A stretch of DNA of 64,000 nucleotides. It comes from Octopus vulgaris. Lineage: Eukaryota. Both the position numbers and the translations under genes were made by a program. Below, one piece after another: positions 29,086-43,336 of this stretch. Location of the stretch: assembly GCA_951406725.2 (NCBI GenBank), contig OX597834.1, forward strand, positions 5,704,001 to 5,768,000. Reading direction: 5' to 3'. Under the pieces are notes generated by a model. The model saw only the letters and a list, made by a program, of their open reading frames with translations, did no database searches and was not told the DNA's origin. The number at the start of each line of letters is the position of its first letter. Within the stretch, counting starts at the first letter, position 1.

Positions 29086-30425
29086 TTATATATATATATA
29101 TATACGTTAGAAGGTTTGGAGATGATGTACAGGTATTATATATTAGAAGAAATAAGGTACTCAGAGATCTGGATGGTTTTATATTTACAGATATTTATTT
29201 GTATATTACATTTTTTTATAAATCATATATTAGCATTTGCGTCCACTCTAGCAGAGTTGTCAGATTGAACTTTTTCAGGAATTTTATCTCTTTTTATAAT
29301 ATTATTGAGTGTGTAGGGGTGGAGAGAGATATAAGATAGTACAAGAGGGTGGGGAATGGGGAGAAAGTGAGAGAGAGTGCGTGTGTGTGTGTGTGTGTGT
29401 GTGGAGTGCATGTGTATCTCAAAGGAGTGCCAATGGAAAAGAGAAGGAAAGAAAGAAGGAAGAGAGGATGTATGCATATATGTATACACTCTCGGAGTGG
29501 TTAGCATTAGGAAGGGCATCCAGCTGTAGAAACTTTGCCAAATCAAGATTGGAGCCTGGTGCAGACATCTGGTTCGCCAGCCCTCACTCAGTCAAAATCA
29601 TCCAACCCAAGCTAGCATGGAAAGCGGACATTAAACGATTGTGATGATGATAAATATATGAGCTTGTATCAATATATTTATGTGTATGTGTGTTTATATA
29701 TACATATACTTTTTGACAGAAGAGAAATGTATCCCGAACCAAAAATCAGTTTCGTTATTAGAGAAACAAAAAGTTTAGCAACAGGCAATTGGTATATCTG
29801 TGTTTAAATCAAGATCATTTATCTTTCAAGGTTCTTTTTCAAGATTTATCCAGCTTGAAGAGAAATTCATTTCACGAAAACACAAATAGATATAGTTAGC
29901 ATTTGTGTATATATGCATGTGTTAGCATGTGTGTGCGTGTGTGTGTGTGTGTACACATACATCCTTATATAGATGCATACATATGCATATACACATCTGG
30001 TGTTCTTATCATAGAATATGCTGGCTGATGATGAATTTTATTTCCCATCATTCTAGATATAAATTCAAGAATTTCAAAACAAAAAAAAAGTTATGTGAAT
30101 TGAATGCGATCTAACTTCAAAGTTCCACAAGCAAATTTTGGCAGTGTATATTTAACATTCTTATTTCAGCGAAATGCTGATGAGTGTATTAATATCTCTT
30201 ACCGTCCCAGAATAGCATCCTAAGTAAATGAATTTCAATCAATACACAATTACATCTTACGTATAATTTTTCAAGACTTTAAATATAATCACAGAACTTG
30301 CTAATCTAATTCAGAGATTATAAATACTTATACAAGCATACTTACAAACATTCACACACACACACAGACATATCTACGTTCATATGCATATATAGAAGTA
30401 TATATACATATATATGAATATATAC

Positions 30426-30483
<58 letters not shown>

Positions 30484-30491
30484 GTATATGT

Positions 30492-30520
30492 ACTAGCAGA
30501 GATAACCGATGTTGCTCAGG
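30492..30520 (-). mobile_element. Helitron 3' end fragment
   Basis: Reverse: cctgagcaacatcggttatctctgCTAGt, similar to 20174-20202. Confidence 0.5.
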
Positions 30521-30815
30521 ATTAAAATGGTATAGTATTTCATTCTTTTACATGCTTCAGTCATGTGACAGTGGCCATGCAGGGGCACTGCCTTTAGTCG
30601 AACAAATCGATACCAGGATTTATTGTTTATAAGTCTAGTACTTATTCTATTGGTGTCTGTTGCCGAACCACTAGTTTACAGGAAGGTAAATACGCTAACA
30701 TCGGTTGACAACCGATGGTGGGGGTACAAACACACACATATACAACAGTCTTCTTTCAGTTTCCATCTACCAAATCCACTCACAAGGCTTTGGTTGGCCT
30801 GAGGTTAAAGAATAA

Positions 30816-30865
<50 letters not shown>

Positions 30866-30866
<1 letters not shown>

Positions 30867-31063
30867 GGGAAAGTTTACGAAAAAAACAAAGACAGGTGGT
30901 GTACAAAACAAACAGATGTATTAGTATAACGCTCAGGAATAGAAAAAGTCTTTTACGTTTCGAGCCTACACTCTTCGACAGAAAGATACACAGAAAAAAA
31001 CAAGGAGAGAAGAAAAATGTGTGTAGTGGCTAACGATCTATCATGGAGTCTGATTCGGACATA
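30866..31063 (-). mobile_element. PLE-type short element with hammerhead-like motif (30949-30986)
   Basis: Reverse: tcttt-CTGTCGA-a-gagt gtag gctc-GAA-ACGT-A-aaaga; homologous to 61461-61690. Confidence 0.65.
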
Positions 31064-31639
31064 TGTAAAGAGAAATTGTGAGTTAGAGATTATGCAACTG
31101 TCTAAGGGATAAATATATTCATAGGTACTACTGGTGTATTACCTAACTATGTATAGGCCTTACTGATTTTCATCTTCTAGGCTGAAATCTCCACTTCTGA
31201 ATTTTGCAAACCATCTACAAGTTCTTTAATTGAACCTAATTATAGAAAGACCTGTCAAGAATAGGTATATACTAATCAACTAAAATAGGTAATCAAAATA
31301 AATTACTAAAACATGTTGATCGACTAGAAAATATTAATCGAATAAAAAAAATGGGGTTTTTACCCCTTAATTAAAAATATCTCAAAATAGTTCGTTTTTA
31401 AAAACGCAATCCATGGTAAGTTGAGGTCTAAGGAGCGTAAGACAGATCCAAAAGATCAGGTCAAAAAACACATCTATGGCCATTTTGCAAATTCATTGCC
31501 ATGGTCTGATTGTGAGTTAAAAATGCATCTTGTCAATGACCCCCCTCATCAGGATGACAAAAATTATTATTATATTTTATTTTATGGCTAAACATGTAGG
31601 TGGCTGCTAATCATAGGAATGTTTCTATCTGGTTTCGAA

Positions 31640-32480
31640 ACCCAGTAAGCAAACTAAATATTATCTACCACATCTAGCCTTACTTCTGTATATTCTAAGA
31701 AAAGTAGAAAATTTATCGTTGCAGAAAGGGATCACCTCTGTAAATTTATTTAATGATTTAGGCCCAAAGGACCTCAGGATGGCAAGAGATGCTTTTATAC
31801 ACAACTTACACTAGTTAATATTAACGCTAAAATAAGGGGCCCTTGAGATTATAGACTGTTCAAGAGAGTAACTTTTATTATTCCTCTTTAAACTGTGTAT
31901 ATAAGAGGCAAGTGTAGTGGAGTTTCTCTTTCAAAAACGAATTCATGTGGGCCCTGTATCTTGCCTTAAAATTGACAGTACTGCCTATAAAAAAAAACTA
32001 TCCTCTCTAACTACACATTTATAAATAACATTTGTAGTCAAACAGAATCCATCAAGGGGACATAATCTAGGGTTTCTACAATTACAGGATTTACCGATAC
32101 TAACATTATTTATCTGGCTTTCTGCATTCTTCTCCTCAGATATTCCATTAAAGGGGGTCGGTAAAACTGGTGAAAGTAAATGGTTTGTAATACCAGCCCT
32201 AGGCTTATTAGAGCTTACCAACCCAATACCAGAGTTTCCAACAGAAGAATACTTCCAGGGCACTCACCCACTTAATTTCGCTTCTATTTATAGATGCAAT
32301 GATGGAGGCCAAATTTGGCATTACCGAGTAAGAAAATTTAATGGGGGATTTACTGCAGAGTGTGTAGTACTTATGATTCTTTTGGGAAATTCTCCTTCAG
32401 AATCTTAAACAACAGCTTGGGCAGATTTTTTACTGTAAGAGAAAAAAAAAGGGTCAGGGTGTGCAAACCAGATGACTTCC
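31640..32480 (-). mobile_element. Penelope-like element GIY-YIG endonuclease relic
   Basis: KSCNCRNPRLCPLDGFCLTTNVIYKCVV, then TTLASYIHSLK...IISRAPY...CKLCIK...LNKFTEVIPFC with stops and frameshifts; typical PLE linker and endonuclease pattern. Confidence 0.8.
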
Positions 32481-32671
32481 TGTATTCCCTTATATATATA
32501 TATTTATAATAATAATTATCATCTCAACTAACACTGTGGAATTCCTGAAGTAAATCCAGTGGAAATATGCCCCAACTGTAGATGACACCAGGTAACACAA
32601 ACCATGCCAGTGCTTTACTCAGCACATCAACACACTAATTGACAAATACCCATTAATCCAAAATATTACAT

Positions 32672-33538
32672 ATCATCATCCTCATCATCATTATTTCACG
32701 TCCGCTTTCCATGCTAGCATGGGTTGGACGATTTTGACTGAGGGCTGGCAAACCAGATGGCTGCACCAGGCTCCAGTCTTGATTTGGCAGAGTTTCTACA
32801 GCTGGATGTCTTCCCTAATGCCAACCACTCCAACAGTGCTTTTTACATGCCACCGGCATGGGGGCCAGTCAGGTGGTACTGGCAACAACCTCGCTCGAAA
32901 CCTTTTATACATGCCACCAGCACAGGTGCCAGAAGGCAACTTTAGTAACGATCACGCTCGAATGGTGCCCTTTTACGTGCCCACTGGCATGGAAGCCAGT
33001 TGGCTGCTCTGGCAACGATCATGCTTGGATGGTGCTCTTGGCACCCTACTAGCACAGGCACAAGTGCCAGTAAGGCAATGCTGGTAATGATCACGCTCGA
33101 ATGGTGCCCTTTAAGTTCCACTGGCACGGAAGCCGGTTAGCCACTCTGTCAATTATCACACTCGTATGGTGCTCTTTGCACCCTGCTAGCACGGACGCCA
33201 GTCATCGAATTTGATTTTGCTTTTGATTGGTTGATTGATTTCACTTGCCTCAACAGGTCTTCGCGAGCAGAGTTTTAGTGTCCAAAGGAGGAAAAGGTGC
33301 GCATAAGTGGGGTGGTTACGCCCCTGGCATAAGCCATGAGATTAATATATATATATATATCATCATCATCATCATCATCATCGTTTAGCGTCCGTTTTCC
33401 ATGCTAGCATGGGTTGGACGGTTCTACTGGGATCTGTGAAGCCAGAAGGCTTCATCAGGCCCAGTCAAATCTGGCAGTGTTTCTACGGCTGGATGCCCTT
33501 CCTAACACCAACCACTCCGAGAGTGTAGTGGGTGCTTA
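32672..33538 (-). mobile_element. Two structured RTE-related elements
   Basis: (CAT)n tails at ~32672 and 33361; subrepeats in the first copy. Confidence 0.75.
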
Positions 33539-33946
33539 CAAAATTCTATATCTTGGACATAGAGTTACCCAAGGTTTTGCATCCACAAAGCCAAAGCTTG
33601 GTAGATAGCTCGTCAGTCTCTATATAGAGACAAAAATTCAAAATTTCTATGTCATGGATGTGAGAAAATGGTCAGAAATCAAGAAATATATCTTAACAAA
33701 AAAAACAATAATGAGGGCGGGTTATCTGCCCTGAACCAGAGGAAAAAAAACAACCCGTATGGACCGGAAAAGGCCTAACCAGCAAATAGGGAGATCCTGT
33801 TTTCCAGTTAGTAGTGCTTGATGTGGCACATTTAGAAAACGCTTCTTTATGACTATCTAATGTGCTAGGTTTCATATAGTCCTTAAGAATTTTGGCTCTC
33901 TCTTTGATGCAGATTTTGCAATGGCCACTTTCATTAATGTATGGAC

Positions 33947-34108
33947 CCAGGAGTGGCTATGTGGTAAATAGCTTCTTTACCAAACACATGGTTCTGGGTT
34001 CAGTCCCACTGCGTGACACCTTGGGCAAGAGTCTTCTGCTATAGCCTCAGGCCGACCAATGCCTTGTGAGTGGATTTGGTAGACGGAAACTGAAAGAAGC
34101 CCGTCATA

Positions 34109-34145
<37 letters not shown>

Positions 34146-34380
34146 GCGTGTGTGTGTTTGTGTGTCTGTGTTTGTCCCCCTAGCATTGCTTGACAACTGA
34201 TGCTGGTGTGTTTATGTCCCCGCTACCTTGCGAATCGGCAAAAAGAAACCGATAGAATAAGTACTGGGCTTACAAAAAGAATAAGTCCTGGGGTCGAGTT
34301 GCTCGATTAAAGGCGGTGCTCCAGCATGGCCGCAGTCAAATGACTGAAACAAGAAAAAGAGTAAAAGAGTAAAGAGTAAA
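33947..34380 (+). mobile_element. OR-type SINE
   Basis: Full family structure. Confidence 0.9.
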
Positions 34381-35399
34381 GATGGTCAATTAATTTCCAC
34401 CTGATATCACATGGGGGTCCCTTGATCTTTGAGGTGCCAAATATAGTGGGCCAAGGACGTGACAAACCATCTTTCTAAGACTCTGAAGGATGATCAGTAG
34501 TTAAGAAAACGTCACATTCCTGGTAACATATGGTGCTGGACCGGTCATTGCATGGTTGTTGAAGACAATTATTTGGTCATCATCTGTGGTGATGGTCCTG
34601 GGAATGGTGGATACCTCTTCCATGTTGCTGGTAAAATTCCAGTAACAATATGTAAATATTTTGGCTGCATGACAACACATGGCAGCAACTAGAAGAGAAA
34701 GAGAGAAAGAGAGGTAACCTTTAGGTGTTTATGCTACCATGCTAAAATCGAAGAACACATTGAATATTATGCAGGTATATACTATTCCTAAAAAACAAAA
34801 AGTGGTAGTCATAGTTGGAAGGCCTTTGATCATAAGTTTGGTTATACTAGAGTCTAACCTACAACAACAACAACAATAAAAACTAAAAGTGGAAAAAGAC
34901 CGAGGACTGGCAAGCCAGGAGGCTGCACCAGGCTCCAGTCTGATCTGGCAGTGTTTCTACAACTGGATGCCCTTCCTAACGCCAACCACTCTGAAAGTGT
35001 AGCGGGTGCATTTTACATACCACTGGCATGAAGGCCAGTCAGGCAGTACTGGCATTGACCATGCTCGAATGATGCTTTTTATGTGCCACCGGCATGGGAG
35101 CCAGTCAGGTGGTACTGGCATTGACCACGCTTGAACGATGCTTTATACGTGCCACTGGCACAGGACCAGTCAGGCATGGTTTGTAATAGCACCACATCAG
35201 CAAAATAAATTCAAATTATTCCACAGAAGCAATTCTATAGCATACAGCTCTATAAAAGCTCTATACTATAAAGCTGCTTTCATTGCAAAGATCAGATTTC
35301 ATGATTATAATCATTAATGGATTTAAGTATGTAGTGTATAAAATAGATAAAAATCTCGATCTCTAAACACTTCTGAGTGTTAGAATTTTTACCTACATT

Positions 35400-35710
35400 A
35401 TACACCGGTTGTACAGCAAGCTCATGGATTGCGGCTGTCAGCACAAATCAATTTGTTCACTCATTGGTGACTTGTTTCAACAGTCACAGTTGACGGTCTC
35501 CCAGGTGCTGTTTGTTTCCGATGCTGGTTTCCTCTTCTTTGTCCATCTGTGTGCGTTGCTTTGTTAACGGTGTCACCTTTGTAAACAACCAACAACGTTC
35601 TGCAAATATTAGACTGCTTACATTCCTCCTTCAGCAAGAGCTGAAACGATAACTCATCGCTTCTCCTTGAATCCGTTATTTGCCTTAAATGATGGACAGA
35701 AAGGTAATTC
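35400..35710 (-). mobile_element. Mariner transposase N-terminal (HTH) relic
   Basis: SNICRTLLVVYKGDTVNKAT...GRPSTVTVETSHQ*VNKLICADSR resembles mariner N-termini. Confidence 0.6.
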
Positions 35711-35853
35711 ACTACAGAGGAAGATCTGAGCTACTCTGCCAACGTGTGCAATCGGAATGATCTATGTAAATTAATAGAAACATTATTCCTTGTTTTTTCA
35801 TTATTCTCAGCACAATCTTCATGCCTATGCGTACACACACACATACATACATG

Positions 35854-35887
<34 letters not shown>

Positions 35888-36029
35888 AAAAAAAGGAGAT
35901 GTCGAACACGAGTGGTGATATATAAAAAAGGAAATGAAGAAAATGCTGACAAATAATTGAAGTAATTTAAGTAATTTAATTAGGTCAAAGTTCTTTTTAC
36001 CGGTTGCACATTTGTTATGCTTATCAAAA

Positions 36030-36093
<64 letters not shown>

Positions 36094-36545
36094 GTAATAA
36101 TAATTATTATTTCAGGGAATATAATCCAAAACTTACGAGGAAAAAAAATTCAATTTAGAAATACTAAATCAAATTTCACACAATATAATATATATATAAA
36201 AATTAGAAAAAAAACACCTTTTATGAATTCAAAATGAACAATTAAATTACACCATCTAGAAAATTACATATAATAGAAATATTAAAATTAAAATAACAAT
36301 AAAAAGTCAATGATTAAGTAAATTGCAAAAAAATAATAATAATAACGTATAGAATTTGCATATAATGTTATTCTACAAATTCTATACGTTATTATTTTTC
36401 CTATAACTTAAGAAAAGTGATAGAATAAGTACCAGGCTGAGGAAATAAGTTCTGGATTGAATCCTTACAAATAAATCTTACAAGGTGATGCCCCAGCATG
36501 GCCACAATCCAATGACTCCTGGAAAAAGTAAAAATTATCTCTCTC

Positions 36546-36610
<65 letters not shown>

Positions 36611-36684
36611 GTATACGTGTGTTCTTTTATTGTTTTATATATTTCAGCTCTAAGGCTGTGGCTAGGCTGGAGCACCACCAGGTG

Positions 36685-37485
36685 CAGGCATGGCTCTGTA
36701 GTAAGAAGTTTGATTCTTAACCACATGGTTCTGGGTTCAGTCCCACTGTTTGGCACCTTGGACAAGTATCTTCTACTATAGTCTTGGGCCAACCAAATCC
36801 TTGTGAGTGGATTTGGTAGATGGAAACTGAAGGAAGCCTGTTGTTTGTGTGAGTGTCTTTGTGTCTGTGTTTGTCCCCCACCACTGCTTTTACTTGTGTT
36901 TACATTCCCATAACTTAGCAGTTTCACAAAAGAGACTGATAAAAGAAGTACCAGGCTTAAAAACAATGTATGCACTTGGGGGTTGAATCATTTGACTAAA
37001 ATTCTTTGAGGTGGTGCCCCAGCATGGCCATAATCTAATGATTGACACAAGATAAAAGATAAAGATACATATAGGCACAGGAGTGGCTTTGTGGTAAGCA
37101 GCTTGCTTATGAACCACCTGGTTCCGGGTTCAGTCCCACTGTGTGACACCTTGGGTAAGTGTCTTCTACTATAGCCCCGGGCCAACCAAAGCCTTGTGAG
37201 TGGATTTGGTAGACGGAAACTGAAAGAAGCCTGTTGTATATATGTATATATATGCATGTGTGTGTGTGTATGTTTGTGCGTCTGTGTTTGTCCCCCACGA
37301 ACATCGCTTGACAACCGATGCTGGTGTGTTTATGTCCACGTAACTTAGCGGTTTGGCAAAAGAGACCGATAGAATAAGTACTAGGCTTACAAAGAATAAG
37401 TCCTGGGGTCGATTTGCTTGACTAAAGGCGGTGCTCCAGCATGGCTTCAGTCAAATGACTCAAACAAGTAAAAGAGCAAAAGAGT
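36685..37485 (+). mobile_element. Two consecutive OR-type SINEs (older 36685-37060, younger 37073-37485)
   Basis: Two heads and two tails. Confidence 0.85.
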
Positions 37486-37623
37486 ATATATATATATATA
37501 TACATTGCCTTCACATATATATATGAGTGTGTGTGTGTGTGTGTCTGTGTCTGTGTGTGTGTGTCTGTGTCTGTGTGTGTGTGCATATGTGTGAATGTGT
37601 GTTTGTGTGTGCGTGCATGCATG

Positions 37624-37656
<33 letters not shown>

Positions 37657-37971
37657 CTGTGTATCTGTGTGCTCTGGTAGAGAAGAAAGCCAGCAAGCCT
37701 GAACTTATTCCAGGTCTCCAGGACTGATAGGGGGGGGAAACATTTTATCCCCCAATTGTCAGACTGGACGTCTAGCTTGAATTGTTACAGTTGAGTGAAC
37801 TCAGCTCAAGGCACCCACAAGTCTGGTGATTTTGTTAAATTGGGTGAAAGATTAATGTTACAATTACATTATTCTTAGATTAAACTAACAGAGTGAAATA
37901 AACTTCCAAATATTCTGTAAACAATGAATTTTTAAAAAATTTCTGACAAGGATGTATTAGTTCTTTAAAGT

Positions 37972-38341
37972 CGCAGGAGTGGCTGTGTGGTAAGTAGCTT
38001 GTTTACCATCCACATGGTTCCGGGTTCAGTCCCACTGCGTGGCACCTTGGGCAAGTGTCTTCTACTATAGCCTCGGGCCGACCAAAGCCTTGAGAGTGGA
38101 TTTGGTAGACGGAAACTGAAAGAAGCCCCTCGTATATATGTATATATATGTACCACTGGCGATTTTGTTTCCTCTGTTTTCCCTTCTCGGGATCTTTCCT
38201 TCTCCTATGTTTCCGACGAAGAGCTCCGCTCGAAACGTTAAACCCTCTGTCTTCCCTTCTTTCCTGAGCGTCCAATAATATTTTATTTGTTCCACGTCCT
38301 TGCGTTGTTGTGTTTTTTTGTTTTCTTGGTTGGATTAACTG

Positions 38342-38377
<36 letters not shown>

Positions 38378-38590
38378 TGTATGTTTGTGTGTCTATGTTT
38401 GTCCCCCTAGCATTGCTTGACAACCGATGCTGGTGTGTTTACGTCCCCGTCACTTAGCGGTTCCGCAAAAGAGGCCAATAGAATAAGTACTGGGCTTACA
38501 AAAGAATAAGTCCTGGGGTCGAGTTGCTCGACTAAAGGCGGTGCTCCAGCATGGCCGCAGTCAAATTACTGAAACAAGTAAAAGAGTAAA
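37972..38590 (+). mobile_element. OR-type SINE with a PLE-type insert (38153-38340) in its central (TA)n
   Basis: SINE halves flank an unrelated ~190-bp piece bounded by (TA)n. Confidence 0.85.
38209..38243 (+). ncRNA. Minimal type I hammerhead-like motif
   Basis: gttt-CCGACGA-a-gagc tcc gctc-GAA-ACGT-T-aaac (U4 is C in this copy; the paralogue at 28982 has CTGACGA). Confidence 0.55.
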
Positions 38591-39332
38591 AGAGAGAGAG
38601 AGAGAGAGAGAGTAAAGAGGATGCATAAAACTGGATTTGCTGTATATTAGCAAGCAGCAGAGACAAACATAATTTTGGTGAATTGTCATCCTGTTCTTCA
38701 CGATTTAGTAATTCCAACTCCCAAGATACAAGCATTCGATGGCTTTTATAGTATATGTTCATATTTTAAGTCAACTTGCTTAGTCAGTGAAATAACGTTA
38801 ATAATAATAATAATAATAATAATAATGTTGCGTCTTGTGATTAGCACTGACGAGGTGTCAGATGTAATTATCCCTCAACTAGATCCAACAGTGTGATTTC
38901 TTTTAAGATGAAGAAAACTACTCAGACAGGTCTCATATAAATCTTGACAGAATTTACTAGAATTCTCCTCTGCTGGAAGAGGCCCGTTCCTGCTGCATTA
39001 CTATATTTAATTGGTAAAGTAGAGTTTGACTGTCTTCAAATATTCTTCATGTATGAATTATGACATTGCACAATTCAGACACTAAATTCTTCAACCTTAC
39101 ACACACACACACATATATATATATAATATATAATATACATATATAATATATATATATGTTATATATATATATATATATGTTATATATATATATATATATA
39201 TGTTATATATATATATATATATGTTATATATATATATGTTATATATATATAACATACATATATAATATATTACATAAACATAACACATGCACAGATATAT
39301 GTACATGCACACAGACACACACATGCACACAT

Positions 39333-39363
<31 letters not shown>

Positions 39364-40663
39364 TAGATGGACGTATGTCTGTGTGTGGAGTGATATAGAG
39401 ACACAAAGTCACCGCAGATAGATTTATCTTTGAATTTCTTCTGAACATTGGTTGTTGTTATTGGAAAAACTTTTTCAGTTCTTCTTAAGTCATTTCTTTT
39501 AGTTTCGGTACGGCTTCACACTTTTACAATTTTCTTCAAGAAAATCCTTGATTGATAAATTCTGAAATTGTTAATATGTCCTTTGAAAAGAGAGGACAGA
39601 AAACAAAACACTATTCAATAAAATGCTAAATGACAGTAAGATAATATTTATTATCACAAGTGATCACCACTAGATGGTATAATTTATCAGCCAAAGACAT
39701 CAAAGACTATGTTGGTCTATTTTTATCCAATGCTTTATTGGTTTTATGATATTGGTGATGGAGCAGTGGTGCAAGTATAACATCTTGATCTCTGTCCAGA
39801 AATGTTTTTTTAAGACAATGTATTTATTGTTAAGTACATCATGTGCAAATATAAGCAATTGATTTATTAGTGTGTGTTGGTTGTTAGAACGGAATAGGTA
39901 GAGTGAACGTGAGTACAAGTTTGACTGTGTGGTTCATAAGTTTGATTTGCAGTCATGAGGTGCTGGGTTCAGTAACACTTTATGACACATTGGTGTATAC
40001 ATATACATGTGTGTGAATGTGTATATGCATGTGTGTGTATATATATATATATATGTATATATACATGTGTGTGTATATATATATATATGTATATATGCAT
40101 ATGTGTGTATATATATATTTTACTGAGCCCTTAATTATATAAAGTATAATATATATATATATATATACATATATATACATACACATATATATGCTATATA
40201 AATGTGTGTGTGTGTGTGTGTATAGTGTGAGACACACAGACAGACAAATACAAGAGATGGAGAAGCATTTATATGTGGTATTAAATTATTTATAAAATAT
40301 TTTACATAAACATATTTGACAGGGAAAAACATAATTATTAATAATTCTTTACAGCTGTTTCAAAACTTCTGTGGCTGGTTGATGCAATGTTGTGTATTAT
40401 CCAAACAGTTGTACATACTGTTGCAATAATACACATCAAAAGAAGTAGAAATTGTTATCAACACATAAACCTAATGCATTAACATGTTTGAGATTGATGT
40501 TTTGAAGCTCTGAACTTTGCATAACGAGGACGAATGGCTGAAAGCCAATTCTGTAGTAGTAAAACCTATACTTAAGTATGTATAAAGAACAATAGAAAAA
40601 TGGACAAAAAGAGAGATTGTGATAGCGGGGTGGATAGAGAGGAAGTAAAGGATCATGAGCCCG

Positions 40664-41048
40664 ATCATCATCATCATTATCATCATTGTTTAACGACCGC
40701 TTTCCATGCTAGCATGGGTTGGACGATTTGACTGAGGACTGGCGAACCAGATGGGTGCACCAGGTCCCAATCTTGATCTGGCAGAGTTTCTACAGCTGGA
40801 TGCCCTTCCTAACGCCAACAACTCCGAGAGTATAGTGGGTGCTTTTTACGTGCCACCGGCATGGGGGCCAGTCAGGTGGTACTGGCAATGACCTCACTTG
40901 AATCTTTTTACATATGCCACCAGCACAGGTGCCAGTAAGGTGACATTGGTAACGATCACACTCGAATGGTGCCCATTTACGTGTCACTGGCACGGAAGCC
41001 AGTTGGCTGCTCTGGCAGCGATTACACTCGAATGGTGCTCTTGGCACC
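40664..41048 (-). mobile_element. Structured RTE-related element
   Basis: (CAT)n tail and subrepeats. Confidence 0.75.
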
Positions 41049-41628
41049 ATGTTAGCATAATCAAGAGTAAGTGTGTAGGTAAAAGAAAAATATATAAAAA
41101 GAATGAAGAGACATAAAAATTAGGTAATAGATGAGTGTTATTTAGTCCGTAAGAGACAGATTAGTCAAGACACATCATAGATTTATTAAGACACATCAAG
41201 ACATATCATAGATTTATTAAGGCTATTATTAGTTGTTTTGAAGGTAGTATTGATAAGCTGGGAAAAATAAGAATACAAGCAGCAATATTACTATCACTAC
41301 GAGTGACTTAACACATGATATGAATAGATTTAATTCTAGAGCCCTAACGATTGTCGTATGTATGTTCCTTGCAAGGAACGTCTCATCACAGTGAGGAAGG
41401 CAGGTGCACAATAATGCTGTTGAGGGGAAGACCCCAAAACAGCATGCATTCTCTCCTGAAACTCCATAAGCTTGCTACTGTCTAATATGCAGAGCTTTCA
41501 ACTGGGAGCACTCAGATCTGCAACTTATCTATATTTATATATTTTATTTTATATTTTATCTAGTTTCATCTCATGAGCTGTGACCATGCTGGGGCACCGC
41601 CATTCAAATAATATTAAAAAAAATATAT

Positions 41629-41840
41629 ATTTCTTTACTACCGACAAGGGGCTAAACACAGAGGGGACAAACAAGGACAGACAAATGGATTAGGTCGATT
41701 ATATCGACCCCAGTGCGTAACTGGTACTTAATTTATCGACCCCGAAAGGATGAAAGGCAAAGTCGACCTTGGCGGAATTTGAACACAGAATGTAACGGCA
41801 GACGAAATACGGCTACGCATTTCGCCCGGCTCGCCACCTT
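41629..41840 (-). mobile_element. OK/Meta-like SINE
   Basis: Family body. Confidence 0.85.
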
Positions 41841-42147
41841 TTTAAAAAATATAGATGCACTTTACATTCTGGACATGAAAATTTGAGGAAAAACGTATAT
41901 TGGATCTTGCACTGGTTTCAAAAGACTCTCCTTGGTTCATCACAGTTCATTTCTAATATTATATGCAAATCTTCCCATTAACAAATTTTATTCATCATCA
42001 CTAGGCTAACATTTCCTATGATATTAAATGGTATTTTCTTATAAACTGAAAGAACTTAACCTATTGACCAGAGATTGCATGCAATCTGTAGAGCGGAGGA
42101 GGTCTTGAAATATCACAGGAGAAAAAGGTTCTTCTTAATAAACAGTA

Positions 42148-42543
42148 GAGTGGCTGTGTGGTAAGTCGCTTGCTTACCTACCACATGGTTCTGGGTTCAT
42201 TCCCACTGTATGGCTCCTTGGACAATTGTCTTCTACTATAGCCCCGAGCCAACCAAAGCCTTGTGAGGGGATTTGGTAAACGGAAACTGAAAGAAGCCTG
42301 TCATTTATATGAATATATATGTATATGTATGTGTGTCTATATGTTTGTATGTGTGTTTTTCCCCCCAACATCGCTTGATAACTACTGCTGGTGTGTTTAC
42401 GTCCCTTAACTTAGGGGTTTGCCAAAAAGAGACCGATAGAATAAGTACTGGGCTTACAAAGAATAAGTCTTGGGGTCGATTTGCTCGACCAAAGGCGGTG
42501 CTCCAGCATGGCCACAGTCAGATGACTGAAACAAGAAAAAGAG
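42148..42543 (+). mobile_element. OR-type SINE
   Basis: Family structure. Confidence 0.88.
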
Positions 42544-42842
42544 CATGTGATGCAATTACATTCTGAAGTCATCCAGTTTTTCAGAACATTTAGTCTTTAC
42601 CATGGACCGATATGTTCCACTCGTCTTAGCATTCTGATCTAATGTACTCGTCCTAGCTTTTCTGTGCCGTTCTTCATCTACTTACACATATCAACATAGC
42701 TTAGTTAGAACAATGAAATACCTTTATTCTTATATTTTAAAATTTTCTTCTAATGCTATATCTTTTTAGCCTGTTCTTATTCATTTACAACATAACCGTT
42801 TCTTTTCCTTATTTTTTGATTTGATTGTTCTTACAAAACTCT

Positions 42843-43336
42843 ACTTGTGAAGACCTGTTGAGGCAAGTGAAAATCTGAATCAGAATCAGAATTGAAATCG
42901 AAATCAATCAACATCAATGGAAATTGCAGCTGTGCTACCAGTGCCGGTGGCACGTAAGCAAACCATCCAAACGTGGCCGTTGCCAGCACCGCCTCGACGA
43001 GCCTCCATGCCGGTGACACGTAAAAAGCACCAATCCGATCGTGGCCATTGCCAGCCTCGCCTGGCCTCTGTGCCGGTGGCACGTAAAAAGCACCATTCCA
43101 ATCGTGGCCATTGCCAGCCTCACCTGGCCCCCGTGCTGGTGGCACATAAAAAGCACCCACTACACTCACGGAGTGGTTGGCGTTAGGAAGGGCATCCAGC
43201 CGTAGAAACACTGCCAGATCAGACTTGGCCTGGTGCAGCCTTCTGGCTCCCCAGACCCCAGTTGAACCGTCCAACCCATGCTAGCACGGAAAGCGGACGC
43301 TAAATGATGATTATGCTGATGACGATGATGATGATG
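42843..43336 (+). mobile_element. Structured RTE-related element
   Basis: gaagacctgttgaggcaagtga, four subrepeats, (GAT)n tail. Confidence 0.8.

Noticed and set aside
38845-38880. CTGACGA box (also CTGATGA at ~10802)
   Set aside because: No stem II plus GAAA partner
39400-39565. Exon-like minus-strand segment with AG/GT ends
   Set aside because: Stops in all three frames and no recognisable product
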